From Patescibacteria group bacterium (GTDB taxonomy: Bacteria; Patescibacteriota; Patescibacteriia; 2-12-FULL-57-11), in NCBI GenBank assembly GCA_038054875.1, contig JBBUJK010000009.1:1-53484 (forward strand): DNA of 53,484 nt, in the 5' to 3' direction. Shown here in pieces: positions 23,383-31,291 of this stretch (within the stretch, counting starts at the first letter, position 1; each line of letters starts with the position of its first letter). A model generated the notes under the pieces. It saw only the letters and a program-made list of their open reading frames with translations, was not told where the DNA came from and ran no database searches. Both the position numbers and the translations under genes were made by a program.

Positions 23383-26073
23383 TCAGCCTTTTGGTTTCTC
23401 ACCAATATGGACGCGGACCAATTCAGTAAAGCTTTTCACGGGATACTTTTCCCACACCTCTTCGCGGACGTACAGCATCTCATACCGGAAACGTTTCTGC
23501 GCTGCCGTCGCGTCCGCGCACCATTGCGCGAGCCGGGCAATCTTTCCGGGGTCCTCCACGTCTTCACGGCCTTTCGTCTCGATCACATAGATCGTCTTCG
23601 GATCGACTTTGACGAGAAAGTCAGGCACGTACCCGGCAATTCCACCTTCTGCCGTCCGGTACTCGATCTTGAATCCGAGCGCATCGTGGTTCTTCACGTA
23701 GGAGACGATGTCCTCACAGCCGTCAAGGAAGCGCGCGAATGCATACTCGAGGGAGCTGTCGCCGACGAAACGGCCAAGGATGCTTTTCTTTGAAAGAAGA
23801 TACTCCTGCTGTTTGGCGACGAACGGCTTCATGTCGCTCGCCCTGATGTACCGGCGTACCTCCACGGCGCCTCCCGTATCTTCAACGGTGAGTCTATTAA
23901 TCTCGCGTTTGAACGTCTCGATGATGGCCTTCGTCGCTTCCGGCTCGGAGAGGTTCTTCACGACGGCCGGTTCGTCCAGATGGACGGTTTCGCCGAACAG
24001 ACGCGTCCCGACGAAGTCACGCAGCTTCCCGAAGAGGATGTCGTACCCCGTTACGAGATGCATGTCCTGCATGATCTCCCGCGCGAAGAAACCGAGCGCG
24101 TTTCGCCAATCGGGCGCCTCGCCCTCGACCCACGCGATCTCGTGCGACACTTCCCCACTAACGACCTTACGGAAGACGATCTTCTCCAGATCCTTCTTCG
24201 CATAGCTGCGCCGGTCGATGGAAGAGAACGCGAACGCAGTGACGTCGAGATGCTCCAGGTTCCGATGTTCCTGCCGTAAACGCGGCGTGAGCACCGGCAC
24301 CTCGATGTCGAGCAGGTCGAGATTCTTCTTTTCGTTCTTCTTATCGACCTCGACGATCACCGGGCTCACCGCCCGGTTCTCCATATCCATGCGCCGGTAT
24401 GTGAGTTCGACGCCCTCGCGCTTGATGTGTTCCACGAACTCCATGAATGCCGGCGTACCAATTACGGCAACCTCCTCGGGCACACCCTGGCCGAAGTACA
24501 TGAGACGCAAACCGCGGCCGAGCGTCTGCTCGGGCAGAATGTTGCTCTTCGATGAATAGGCGCGCAGACCGACGATAGTCGTGACGTTCCGGACGTCCCA
24601 ACCCTCTTTGAGCATCAGCACGGAAACGACGGCGCGATACTTACTTTCGTTGCTGTCGATGTCGTTCGCTTCGTCGCGCAGCCGACGAAGTTCCTCATCG
24701 TCCTTCTTTCCCCGGCCTTCCACGATGTCGCCGGACTTGTTGGTGTGGATCGTGAGCACGCGACCGCGCAAGTCGGGATAGCGCAGTTCGAGATGCTTGG
24801 CGACGTCGTCGCAGTTCGTGGTGTCGTCGGTCATGACGAAGAGAATCGCTTTTTTGCCGACCTTCGCGTGTTCCTCAAAGCTCTTTTGCCATTCGAGATA
24901 ACCGACGTGCAGAAAATGCTGATACCGTTCAATGAACTGCGCGGACGTTTCCTCCTTGAGTTTCGCCTGGCTGGCGGCATCGGGAAGCACGGGATGCTTG
25001 ACCACGCCCTGCTGGATGGCCTCGACGAGCGGATAGTCGCAGACCACCTGCGGGAACAGCCTCCCCTTCTCGCTGCGAGGCGTTGCCGAGACGTCAATCT
25101 GCAACGAAAGTTCCTTCCCCTTGAGCTTGAGCTGCGCGGCGATGTCCGTGATCGACTCGAACCAGACCTTTTCGTCGTTGATGTGGTGAGCCTCGTCGTT
25201 CAACACCATCAGCTCGTCGATGTCGCGGACGATGTCGCCGAGATCCACGCGGCTGTCGTTCGTCTTTGCGACCGGCTTTGGTCCCAGGAAATACTCCGTG
25301 GACAACTTTTTTATCTCGACGTCGCCGGCATACACGCGATGAATGTTCGTCAAAAAGATGTTGCCGTACTTCGAGACCATGCCGACACTGTCCTGCAAGT
25401 GCAGGCGCGGCTGGAAGTCGGTGTGCCAATCACGACCCTCGAAGCCGTCGTCCGGCAACATCGGATCGTCGAAGAACAGCTTCAGACCTTCAAAGTCGTG
25501 CTTGATACGTTCGAGGACGATGATGTTCGGCGTTATTACCAGAAAGTTCTTGGAGAGCGCGGAGTCGGTTTCGTACGTCCGGTGGAAATAGCTCCAGACG
25601 ATGAGTAGCGCGAGCACCTTCGTCTTGCCGGAACCTGTGGCCATCTTGAGCACGAGACGCGGCCAGTTCTCGGCGAACAAGCCCGTCGCCAGGCGACCGG
25701 TCGCGTCGAAGTGCAGCAGGTCGACCGGATTGCGAACGCCCACGACCTCGTGCAGATAGATGACGGTTTCAACCGCTTCGCGCTGCGCGAAGTAATACCG
25801 AAACGGCCGCGACTCGCCGTCGGCGCCCGTAACGACATGGCTCTCGATGAACCACCAGCGCAGCAGCGTCTTCGACGTCACGCTCGCACCGGCATAGCCG
25901 CTCTCGCGCCACTCCTTCACCTTCCGCCGTACGGTCGGCACGAGCGGCGGCAACAAATCTTCCCCGCGCTTCCCACGGTCTTCTTCATCGACAGGAACCC
26001 ACCGGACCTCGGGGTCCAGGATGGCATACGGATCTTTGGGAAAATCGGGGTGGAGGGACATGGGTGTGGACAA
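23383..26073 (-). CDS. res: Type III restriction enzyme, Res subunit (SF2 helicase plus PD-ExK nuclease)
   Basis: Walker A MATGSGKTKV, DEAH box LNDEAHHI, motif VI QTLGRGLR, C-terminal nuclease motif VPDFLVKV..YVIETKG. Confidence 0.9.
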   Translation of the reverse strand: MSTPMSLHPDFPKDPYAILDPEVRWVPVDEEDRGKRGEDLLPPLVPTVRRKVKEWRESGYAGASVTSKTLLRWWFIESHVVTGADGESRPFRYYFAQREAVETVIYLHEVVGVRNPVDLLHFDATGRLATGLFAENWPRLVLKMATGSGKTKVLALLIVWSYFHRTYETDSALSKNFLVITPNIIVLERIKHDFEGLKLFFDDPMLPDDGFEGRDWHTDFQPRLHLQDSVGMVSKYGNIFLTNIHRVYAGDVEIKKLSTEYFLGPKPVAKTNDSRVDLGDIVRDIDELMVLNDEAHHINDEKVWFESITDIAAQLKLKGKELSLQIDVSATPRSEKGRLFPQVVCDYPLVEAIQQGVVKHPVLPDAASQAKLKEETSAQFIERYQHFLHVGYLEWQKSFEEHAKVGKKAILFVMTDDTTNCDDVAKHLELRYPDLRGRVLTIHTNKSGDIVEGRGKKDDEELRRLRDEANDIDSNESKYRAVVSVLMLKEGWDVRNVTTIVGLRAYSSKSNILPEQTLGRGLRLMYFGQGVPEEVAVIGTPAFMEFVEHIKREGVELTYRRMDMENRAVSPVIVEVDKKNEKKNLDLLDIEVPVLTPRLRQEHRNLEHLDVTAFAFSSIDRRSYAKKDLEKIVFRKVVSGEVSHEIAWVEGEAPDWRNALGFFAREIMQDMHLVTGYDILFGKLRDFVGTRLFGETVHLDEPAVVKNLSEPEATKAIIETFKREINRLTVEDTGGAVEVRRYIRASDMKPFVAKQQEYLLSKKSILGRFVGDSSLEYAFARFLDGCEDIVSYVKNHDALGFKIEYRTAEGGIAGYVPDFLVKVDPKTIYVIETKGREDVEDPGKIARLAQWCADATAAQKRFRYEMLYVREEVWEKYPVKSFTELVRVHIGEKPKG

Positions 26074-26084
26074 CTATTGACTTT

Positions 26085-26657
26085 TTATTCTTTTCCCAGT
26101 ATATTCTTCGTATCACTACGAAGAAGACCCCTGTCGGGCTCGTCCCGACCGGGGGCTTTTTCATTTTTGGCCTCCAAGATTTGCTGCTGATCACCGATGT
26201 AGGCAATAGGCGCATTTGTGCGTTTGAGCAGCACCGAACACTTTTTTGCTGCTGCCGGGGAGAGAATGATTTTCAGACATTTCTTTTCCTGCCAAAACTT
26301 CACGAGCGGCGTGTAGTCACCATCACTCGTGACGAGAACCGCCTGCGCGCAACCGCCTTCGTATGTATCCCGCATGGCCTGCGTCACGAGATCGGCATCG
26401 CAGTTACCCTTCGGCTTGCCGTTACCGTCGTAGATGACTTCTTTAAAAACCAAGGTAAAACCCGCCTCCTGAAGAGAGGTGTAAAGATCTTTGTATTTGG
26501 GGATCAGACCGATAAAAAGATACGCGCGACTCACGCCGTATTTATCGGAGAGCCACACGCGAAAACGCGCATAATCCAAAACCCAACCCTGCTCCTTCAC
26601 GCCCTGATGCAGGTTCGCGCCATCTATATAAGCGATGATGCCAGCCGCTGGTTTCAT
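26085..26657 (-). CDS. NYN-domain (LabA/DUF88-like, PIN-related) predicted nuclease
   Basis: Conserved acidic residues YIDGANL, GNCDADLV, VTSDGDYTPLV; the last ~25 codons overlap two hairpins. Confidence 0.75.
   Translation of the reverse strand: MKPAAGIIAYIDGANLHQGVKEQGWVLDYARFRVWLSDKYGVSRAYLFIGLIPKYKDLYTSLQEAGFTLVFKEVIYDGNGKPKGNCDADLVTQAMRDTYEGGCAQAVLVTSDGDYTPLVKFWQEKKCLKIILSPAAAKKCSVLLKRTNAPIAYIGDQQQILEAKNEKAPGRDEPDRGLLRSDTKNILGKE
26104..26170. other. Tandem stem-loops in the 3' end of the NYN gene, just upstream of res
   Basis: TTCTTCGTA-tcac-TACGAAGAA (perfect 9 bp) and CCCCTGTCGGG-ctcgt-CCCGACCGGGG (one mismatch), followed on the plus strand by TTTTTCATTTTT. Confidence 0.6.
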
Positions 26658-26711
26658 AGATTGGCCAGAACGGCGTACGGATCTATCGGGAAGTCAGGAT
26701 GGAGGTACATA

Positions 26712-27248
26712 TCAACGGCGCCGTTTGGGTATAATTCGTCGCGATTTTATAATGTTTCTCACTTCTTTAGTGTGGATTTTTTGACGGCTCGCCACGACCT
26801 TCTCACCGATAATGACAACAACCGCGAGTGCTGCTAACCCCCATCTCCACGGAATCGACATCGCCTCAATCCTCTGATTGAGAGAAGCCACGGCGTGGCT
26901 TATCGGCCAACCGTTGTCTGCCGTTTTTGGCTGAAGGTTAATTACCAGGTCGCAATCATTGCCGCTCTGGGCACCGCTATACGTGTAACACGTTCCCAGC
27001 CCTATATGTGTAGCAAGTGTTCGCTCCTGGAAGTCTGGATCATCTCTTGGCCAAAGTTCGTACAGCAAGGAAAAACTACCGTCTTCCCTACTAATCTGTC
27101 TGATCCTCCGTGCTTTCAAATGGCTTAGCGCTTCCAGAGTTTCTTTCTCTCTGGGAAACAAAAAAGATAAGTCATTGATAAGCCAACCAGCTGCAGCTAG
27201 TAGAATGCTTACTGTAAAAAGAACACTTCTAGCTACCCTCATAGTCAT
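26712..27248 (-). CDS. Hypothetical two-TM membrane protein inside the R-M operon
   Basis: 178 aa, N-terminal and C-terminal hydrophobic helices, Cys-containing middle domain, basic tail KSRRIIPKRRR; ATGA overlap with mod stop; lower GC than the locus. Confidence 0.55.
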   Translation of the reverse strand: MTMRVARSVLFTVSILLAAAGWLINDLSFLFPREKETLEALSHLKARRIRQISREDGSFSLLYELWPRDDPDFQERTLATHIGLGTCYTYSGAQSGNDCDLVINLQPKTADNGWPISHAVASLNQRIEAMSIPWRWGLAALAVVVIIGEKVVASRQKIHTKEVRNIIKSRRIIPKRRR

Positions 27249-29389
27249 ACCTTCACCTCAATCACCTTCGTCGTGTCGTTCCCGAAGATGTCGATGACCT
27301 TTACGGCGACCAGACGACGACCTTTGGGAACTTCCTTGGCAGCAGAGACCAATTCCAAGTCGCGGTTCTTCTTGGTACGGAATGACTGCCACTCGTTCTC
27401 GAACACGTAGCGGCCAGTCCACTCATCATTCACGGTCTCCTTCTTGCTCTCATAGTCGAAGTCCACGGCCCAGTAGTCGATCCAGTCCGACCATTTTTTA
27501 GTGAGCACCTCGCGCTTGACGATGTCGCTCTCCTTGTCCTTCGACACTTTCACGACGTTGCCGTTCTCAATGACGATGTGCGCCCCGCCCGGCTTGAGCT
27601 TGTCCTCGGCGCGCTCGATGCCGTCCTGCTCGTAGAAGACGCTGAAGTCGCGCAGCTCCAGCGCGACGGTCTTGCCCTTCACGATCGGTCGCACCTCGAC
27701 GAACGCCAGATCGTAGAACTTCACCTCGCCTTTCTCGATAGCGCGCTGGTCGAACACGTCGCGCGGGATGAGCTTGGGCTGGATGTCCACGCCCTGCTTG
27801 CGCAGCTCGGCAAAGTCGATGCCCATCTCAAAGTCAAAGCCGAGCACGTCGGCCTTGGAAATGCCCTTCTCGCGGCACTCGTCCACGATGGCGTTGATGA
27901 ATGCCTCGCTGACCGGCGTCTCCAACGGCCCAACCGCTACGAGCCGATCTCGCCTCTTGCCGGAGAAAGCCATAAACGACTCCACGCGCTCAGCTTTGTA
28001 CGCCTGCAGAATCAGGTCCTCGAACTCACGCTCCTTCTGTTGTCGAATCTGCTCGCGCTCTTCGGCACGAATATCCCCATCCACCCGCACGAACTCCTGA
28101 CGCTCGTACACGCCGAGGTTGAGAATCTCAAACGCGCGATACGGCTTGCCGTCTTTCTTGAGCTGCCGTTGGACATCAATCAACCGCTTGCGGGATGTGT
28201 GAATCGCATAGCGCCCCAGATCAGCGCCGATCCACTTGCGACCCAGCTTTTCCGCGACTGCTACGGTGGTGCCGGAGCCGCAAAAAAAATCGGCAACAAG
28301 CTCGCCTTCTTTCGAAGTTAATTGGATTACACGTTCAAGTAGTGATTCCGGTTTTTGAGTTGGGTATCCTTCACTCTCCTTCGCTTTTATACCAGTAGAC
28401 ACTGAAATATCGGTCCATATTGAACCCACCGTATCAACGCCTTCGTCAAGATAGTACTTCTTGTACTTCGTTCCAACGGACGTTACATAAATCAAGCCTT
28501 GCTGTTCCATTCTTTCAATAGACTTCTCAGAGTAATCACCTAGAGTAACAAGTTTAAACCTACGACCAGTACCTTCTTCAATCTTATTGTAAACAGCCTT
28601 TTGCTTTTCACTTAAATCTCTATATGGTTGCGTAAAACAATATGAATCAGACTTTGTATAGAACAAAATTGAATCATACTCTTTTGGCAATTGTTGTGAG
28701 ATGCGCTTTGCACCTTTTCCAGCCGGATCTCGTTGCCAAATCACCTCATTATGAAAATAATTACTACCAAATACTTCGCTCATTACCAGCTTAACTTCAC
28801 TGTTAAGCCTCCAATCGCACTGCACATAAATGCTCCCATCCTCCGCAAGCAAATCGCGCATCAGGAGCAAGCGCTCATAGATCATCGACAGGAAGCTGTC
28901 CGCGCCGCGGCCCCAGGTGTCGCGGTAGGCGATCTCTTCGATGACGCTCGGCTCCTTGGTGAACTCCTCGCCGCCGATCTCGATGTCGATGGAGAAGTCC
29001 GCGCCCACGTCGAACGGCGGGTCGATGTAGATGAGCTTGATGCCGCCCTGCGCCTCGATCTCCTTGCGCAGCGGCCCGTGCAGGAGCGAGGACATGATGA
29101 GCTTGTTGTCGCCCCAGATGAGCTTGTTCGTCCAGCCCTTCAACTGCCGGCCGGACGTGTCGAACAGCGACTGCTGCAGTTTGATCTCCTTCTCGCTGCG
29201 CGGTTCGTCGATGTGTTCGATGGTCTGGAACGGCAATACCGCGTTCGTCACCTCGTCCGACTTGCCGTCCCACACCAGCTCCACCTGCCGCTTGTCGCCG
29301 AACAACAAAAACCGGTACTTCTCCGGCAGAGGTTTCCCCTTCTGGAGCAGCTCGGTGATGTCGCGGATTTCGTTGGGAGAGAGGCGCAT
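27245..29389 (-). CDS. mod: Type III R-M DNA methyltransferase, Mod subunit (N6-adenine/N4-cytosine, beta class)
   Basis: Motif IV IYIDPPFDVG precedes motif I FFCGSGTTVAVAEKLGRKWIGADL; track start 29398 is TTG, ATG 29389 preferred (MRLSPNEI). Confidence 0.9.
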   Translation of the reverse strand: MRLSPNEIRDITELLQKGKPLPEKYRFLLFGDKRQVELVWDGKSDEVTNAVLPFQTIEHIDEPRSEKEIKLQQSLFDTSGRQLKGWTNKLIWGDNKLIMSSLLHGPLRKEIEAQGGIKLIYIDPPFDVGADFSIDIEIGGEEFTKEPSVIEEIAYRDTWGRGADSFLSMIYERLLLMRDLLAEDGSIYVQCDWRLNSEVKLVMSEVFGSNYFHNEVIWQRDPAGKGAKRISQQLPKEYDSILFYTKSDSYCFTQPYRDLSEKQKAVYNKIEEGTGRRFKLVTLGDYSEKSIERMEQQGLIYVTSVGTKYKKYYLDEGVDTVGSIWTDISVSTGIKAKESEGYPTQKPESLLERVIQLTSKEGELVADFFCGSGTTVAVAEKLGRKWIGADLGRYAIHTSRKRLIDVQRQLKKDGKPYRAFEILNLGVYERQEFVRVDGDIRAEEREQIRQQKEREFEDLILQAYKAERVESFMAFSGKRRDRLVAVGPLETPVSEAFINAIVDECREKGISKADVLGFDFEMGIDFAELRKQGVDIQPKLIPRDVFDQRAIEKGEVKFYDLAFVEVRPIVKGKTVALELRDFSVFYEQDGIERAEDKLKPGGAHIVIENGNVVKVSKDKESDIVKREVLTKKWSDWIDYWAVDFDYESKKETVNDEWTGRYVFENEWQSFRTKKNRDLELVSAAKEVPKGRRLVAVKVIDIFGNDTTKVIEVKV

Positions 29390-29407
29390 GATGACCAATC
29401 TTCCAAC

Positions 29408-29440
29408 AAAAAAACGCCCGCGTCAACGGGTGTTTTTTAT
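29408..29440. terminator. Bidirectional terminator hairpin immediately upstream of mod
   Basis: AAAAAAA-ACGCCCG-cgtcaa-CGGGTGT-TTTTTAT (one G-U pair); on the minus strand followed by TTTTTTTG. Confidence 0.65.
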
Positions 29441-29458
29441 TTGTCCATCCGTCATTGT

Positions 29459-29549
29459 GTCATTCTGAGGCGGCTGCCGAAGAATCCTTCCGGTCCTTGT
29501 CAGAGCTCTTGCGTGAACTGGCAGGATCCTTCGCTCCGCTCAGGATGAC
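29459..29549. repeat. Family A hairpin element, copy A3 (inverted relative to A1)
   Basis: GTCATTCTGAGGCGGCTGCCGAAGAATCC..GGATCCTTCGCTCCGCTCAGGATGAC; the centre is the reverse complement of the A1 centre with scattered substitutions. Confidence 0.7.
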
Positions 29550-29560
29550 AGAGCGGGGTC

Positions 29561-30271
29561 TCATCGCAGTGCACGTCTTACTATCAAACGGCCCAACGTC
29601 TTCAATCCCATCACAAAACTCTGCCCTTTGGAAAGCGAGTAGGTCGTGTAGACGCTCTTGATCGGCACTTCCACGAGCCGGAGCTTGTGCCGGAAAATCT
29701 CGGCGACGATCTCGGATGAGACTTCCATGCGGTCGGTGCGGATCTGTATCTGCTCGGCGGCTGCGCGGGAAAAAGCGCGCAGTCCGGACTGCGAATCGGA
29801 GACGTGTGCGCCAAAGAGTGCGGCGGTCACGACGTTGCCGATGCGATTGGCAACGCGACGGACGAATGGCATCCCCTCTTTGGTGAGCATGCGACTGCCG
29901 ATCACGACGTCCGCACGTCCTTCCCGAATCGGCGCGAGCATGGCGGCAACGTCTTCCGGCCGGTGCTGTCCGTCCGCATCGAACGTGAGCACGATGTCGG
30001 CGCCGTCCGCGAGCGCGGCACGGATGCCGGTGGCAATTGCCGCGCCGAGCCCGCGGTTCAAAACGTGACGGATCACGTGGACACCCCCACCAGTTTCCCC
30101 CCTTGTCAAGGGGGGACCAAGGGGGGTGACGACACGCGCAACATCGGCCGTACTGTCCGTCGATCCGTCATCCACGACGATGATCGCATCGACGCGCGAC
30201 AAAAGACCATCGAGGACCTCCCCGATGGCCTGTGCTTCATTCCATGCGGGAACGACGGCGACAACCTTCAT
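29561..30271 (-). CDS. Glycosyltransferase family 2 (polyprenyl-phosphate glycosyltransferase, DPM1/GtrB-like)
   Basis: MKVVAVVPAWNEAQAI, VVDDGSTDST, NRGLGAAIATG, TFDADGQH; carries family D copy D3. Confidence 0.85.
   Translation of the reverse strand: MKVVAVVPAWNEAQAIGEVLDGLLSRVDAIIVVDDGSTDSTADVARVVTPLGPPLTRGETGGGVHVIRHVLNRGLGAAIATGIRAALADGADIVLTFDADGQHRPEDVAAMLAPIREGRADVVIGSRMLTKEGMPFVRRVANRIGNVVTAALFGAHVSDSQSGLRAFSRAAAEQIQIRTDRMEVSSEIVAEIFRHKLRLVEVPIKSVYTTYSLSKGQSFVMGLKTLGRLIVRRALR
30080..30128 (-). repeat. Family D palindromic element, copy D3, in frame within the GT2 gene
   Basis: Minus strand CACCCCCCTTGGTCCCCCCTTGACAAGGGGGGAAACTGGTGGGGGTGTC, encodes TPLGPPLTRGETGGGV. Confidence 0.8.
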
Positions 30272-31287
30272 GAGCCGAATGAGATCAACGAACGGTGCGC
30301 TTGCGTGTAGTCGATGGCCTGTTTCAAACCGTCTTCAAGGCGGACTAGTGCCAGCCACCCCAGGCGTTCCTTGGCCTTGGTGACGTCCGGGAGTCCCAGC
30401 GGGGTCAGGAACATGAGCGCTGGTTCGAAGACGATCTTGGACTGCGAGTTCGTGAGTTTCAAGATGAGGTTGGCGACGTCGAAGATGCGCACATCATGGT
30501 CAGTGCCAAGGTTGACCGGGCCGATCGTCACCGGCGCCTTCATGAGTTTCATGAGGCCGTCCACGATGTCGCCGACGTAGGTCAGGGACGTGGCGAACGA
30601 TTCGTCGCCGTAGATCGTCAGCTTCTCGCCATCAATGGCGTTGATGATGAAGTCGGAGAACAGCTCGCCGTCGAACAGACGCTGGCGCGGACCATACGTA
30701 CGGAAGATGCGCGCGTTCTTGGCGTCGAGACCGTAGACGTCGGCGTACGTCTGCACCATCGTCTCGCCGAAGCGTTTGCCTTCGTCGTAGCAGCCGCGCG
30801 GTGTGAGATGGTTGACCGCGCCGATGTCGTCTTCGCGAAACGGCAGACCGTCCGGACGCCTTGGACCGTACACAACAGAGCTCGAAGCAAAGACGAACTT
30901 GGCCTTGTGCTTCACGGCCAAATCGAGCGCATGCCGCGTGCCCACGCAGTTCGCGAGCAGCGTATCCATCCGGAACTGGTCGAAATTCTTGACCGAGGTC
31001 GGGCAGGCCAGGTGGTAAATTTCCTGCACGCCCTGGAACTTCACTTTGAACTTTTCGAGCTCCGAGAATTGCTCCAGTTCGAACGGCTCGTTGATGTTCC
31101 AGCGGATGAACTCGAAGTTCGGATTCTGCAGGAGATGGTCAATGTTGTTCTCCGAGGAATTGATGAAGCTGTCCAAGCAAATAACCTTGGAATCTTTCAG
31201 GAGTTTCTCGCAGAGGTGCGATCCGATGAATCCGGCACCGCCGGTCACCAGGACGTTTTTCTTTTCGAAGATGGGGGTGACGGGCAT
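30268..31287 (-). CDS. UDP-glucuronate decarboxylase (UXS)-like NAD-dependent epimerase/dehydratase
   Basis: VLVTGGAGFIGSHL, CYDEGKRFGET (UXS-type YxxxK context). Confidence 0.7.
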   Translation of the reverse strand: MPVTPIFEKKNVLVTGGAGFIGSHLCEKLLKDSKVICLDSFINSSENNIDHLLQNPNFEFIRWNINEPFELEQFSELEKFKVKFQGVQEIYHLACPTSVKNFDQFRMDTLLANCVGTRHALDLAVKHKAKFVFASSSVVYGPRRPDGLPFREDDIGAVNHLTPRGCYDEGKRFGETMVQTYADVYGLDAKNARIFRTYGPRQRLFDGELFSDFIINAIDGEKLTIYGDESFATSLTYVGDIVDGLMKLMKAPVTIGPVNLGTDHDVRIFDVANLILKLTNSQSKIVFEPALMFLTPLGLPDVTKAKERLGWLALVRLEDGLKQAIDYTQAHRSLISFGS

Positions 31288-31291
31288 AGGA

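Noticed and set aside
26064-26837. 257-aa plus-strand ORF across the NYN gene
   Set aside because: Opposite the NYN-domain ORF, which retains all catalytic Asp contexts. The plus-strand product has no motifs.
23383-29560. Looked for an integrase, transposase or flanking direct repeats that would define the R-M block as a discrete mobile island
   Set aside because: No recombinase gene and no matching direct repeats at the two borders were found. Only a family A hairpin lies on the right side. The island is therefore reported as compositionally and functionally foreign, not as a defined mobile element.
13368-30128. Whether the short GC-rich palindromic repeats could be a CRISPR array
   Set aside because: The copies are kilobases apart, lie inside unrelated genes or intergenic gaps, occur in both orientations and have no regular repeat-spacer periodicity. 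No cas genes are present.
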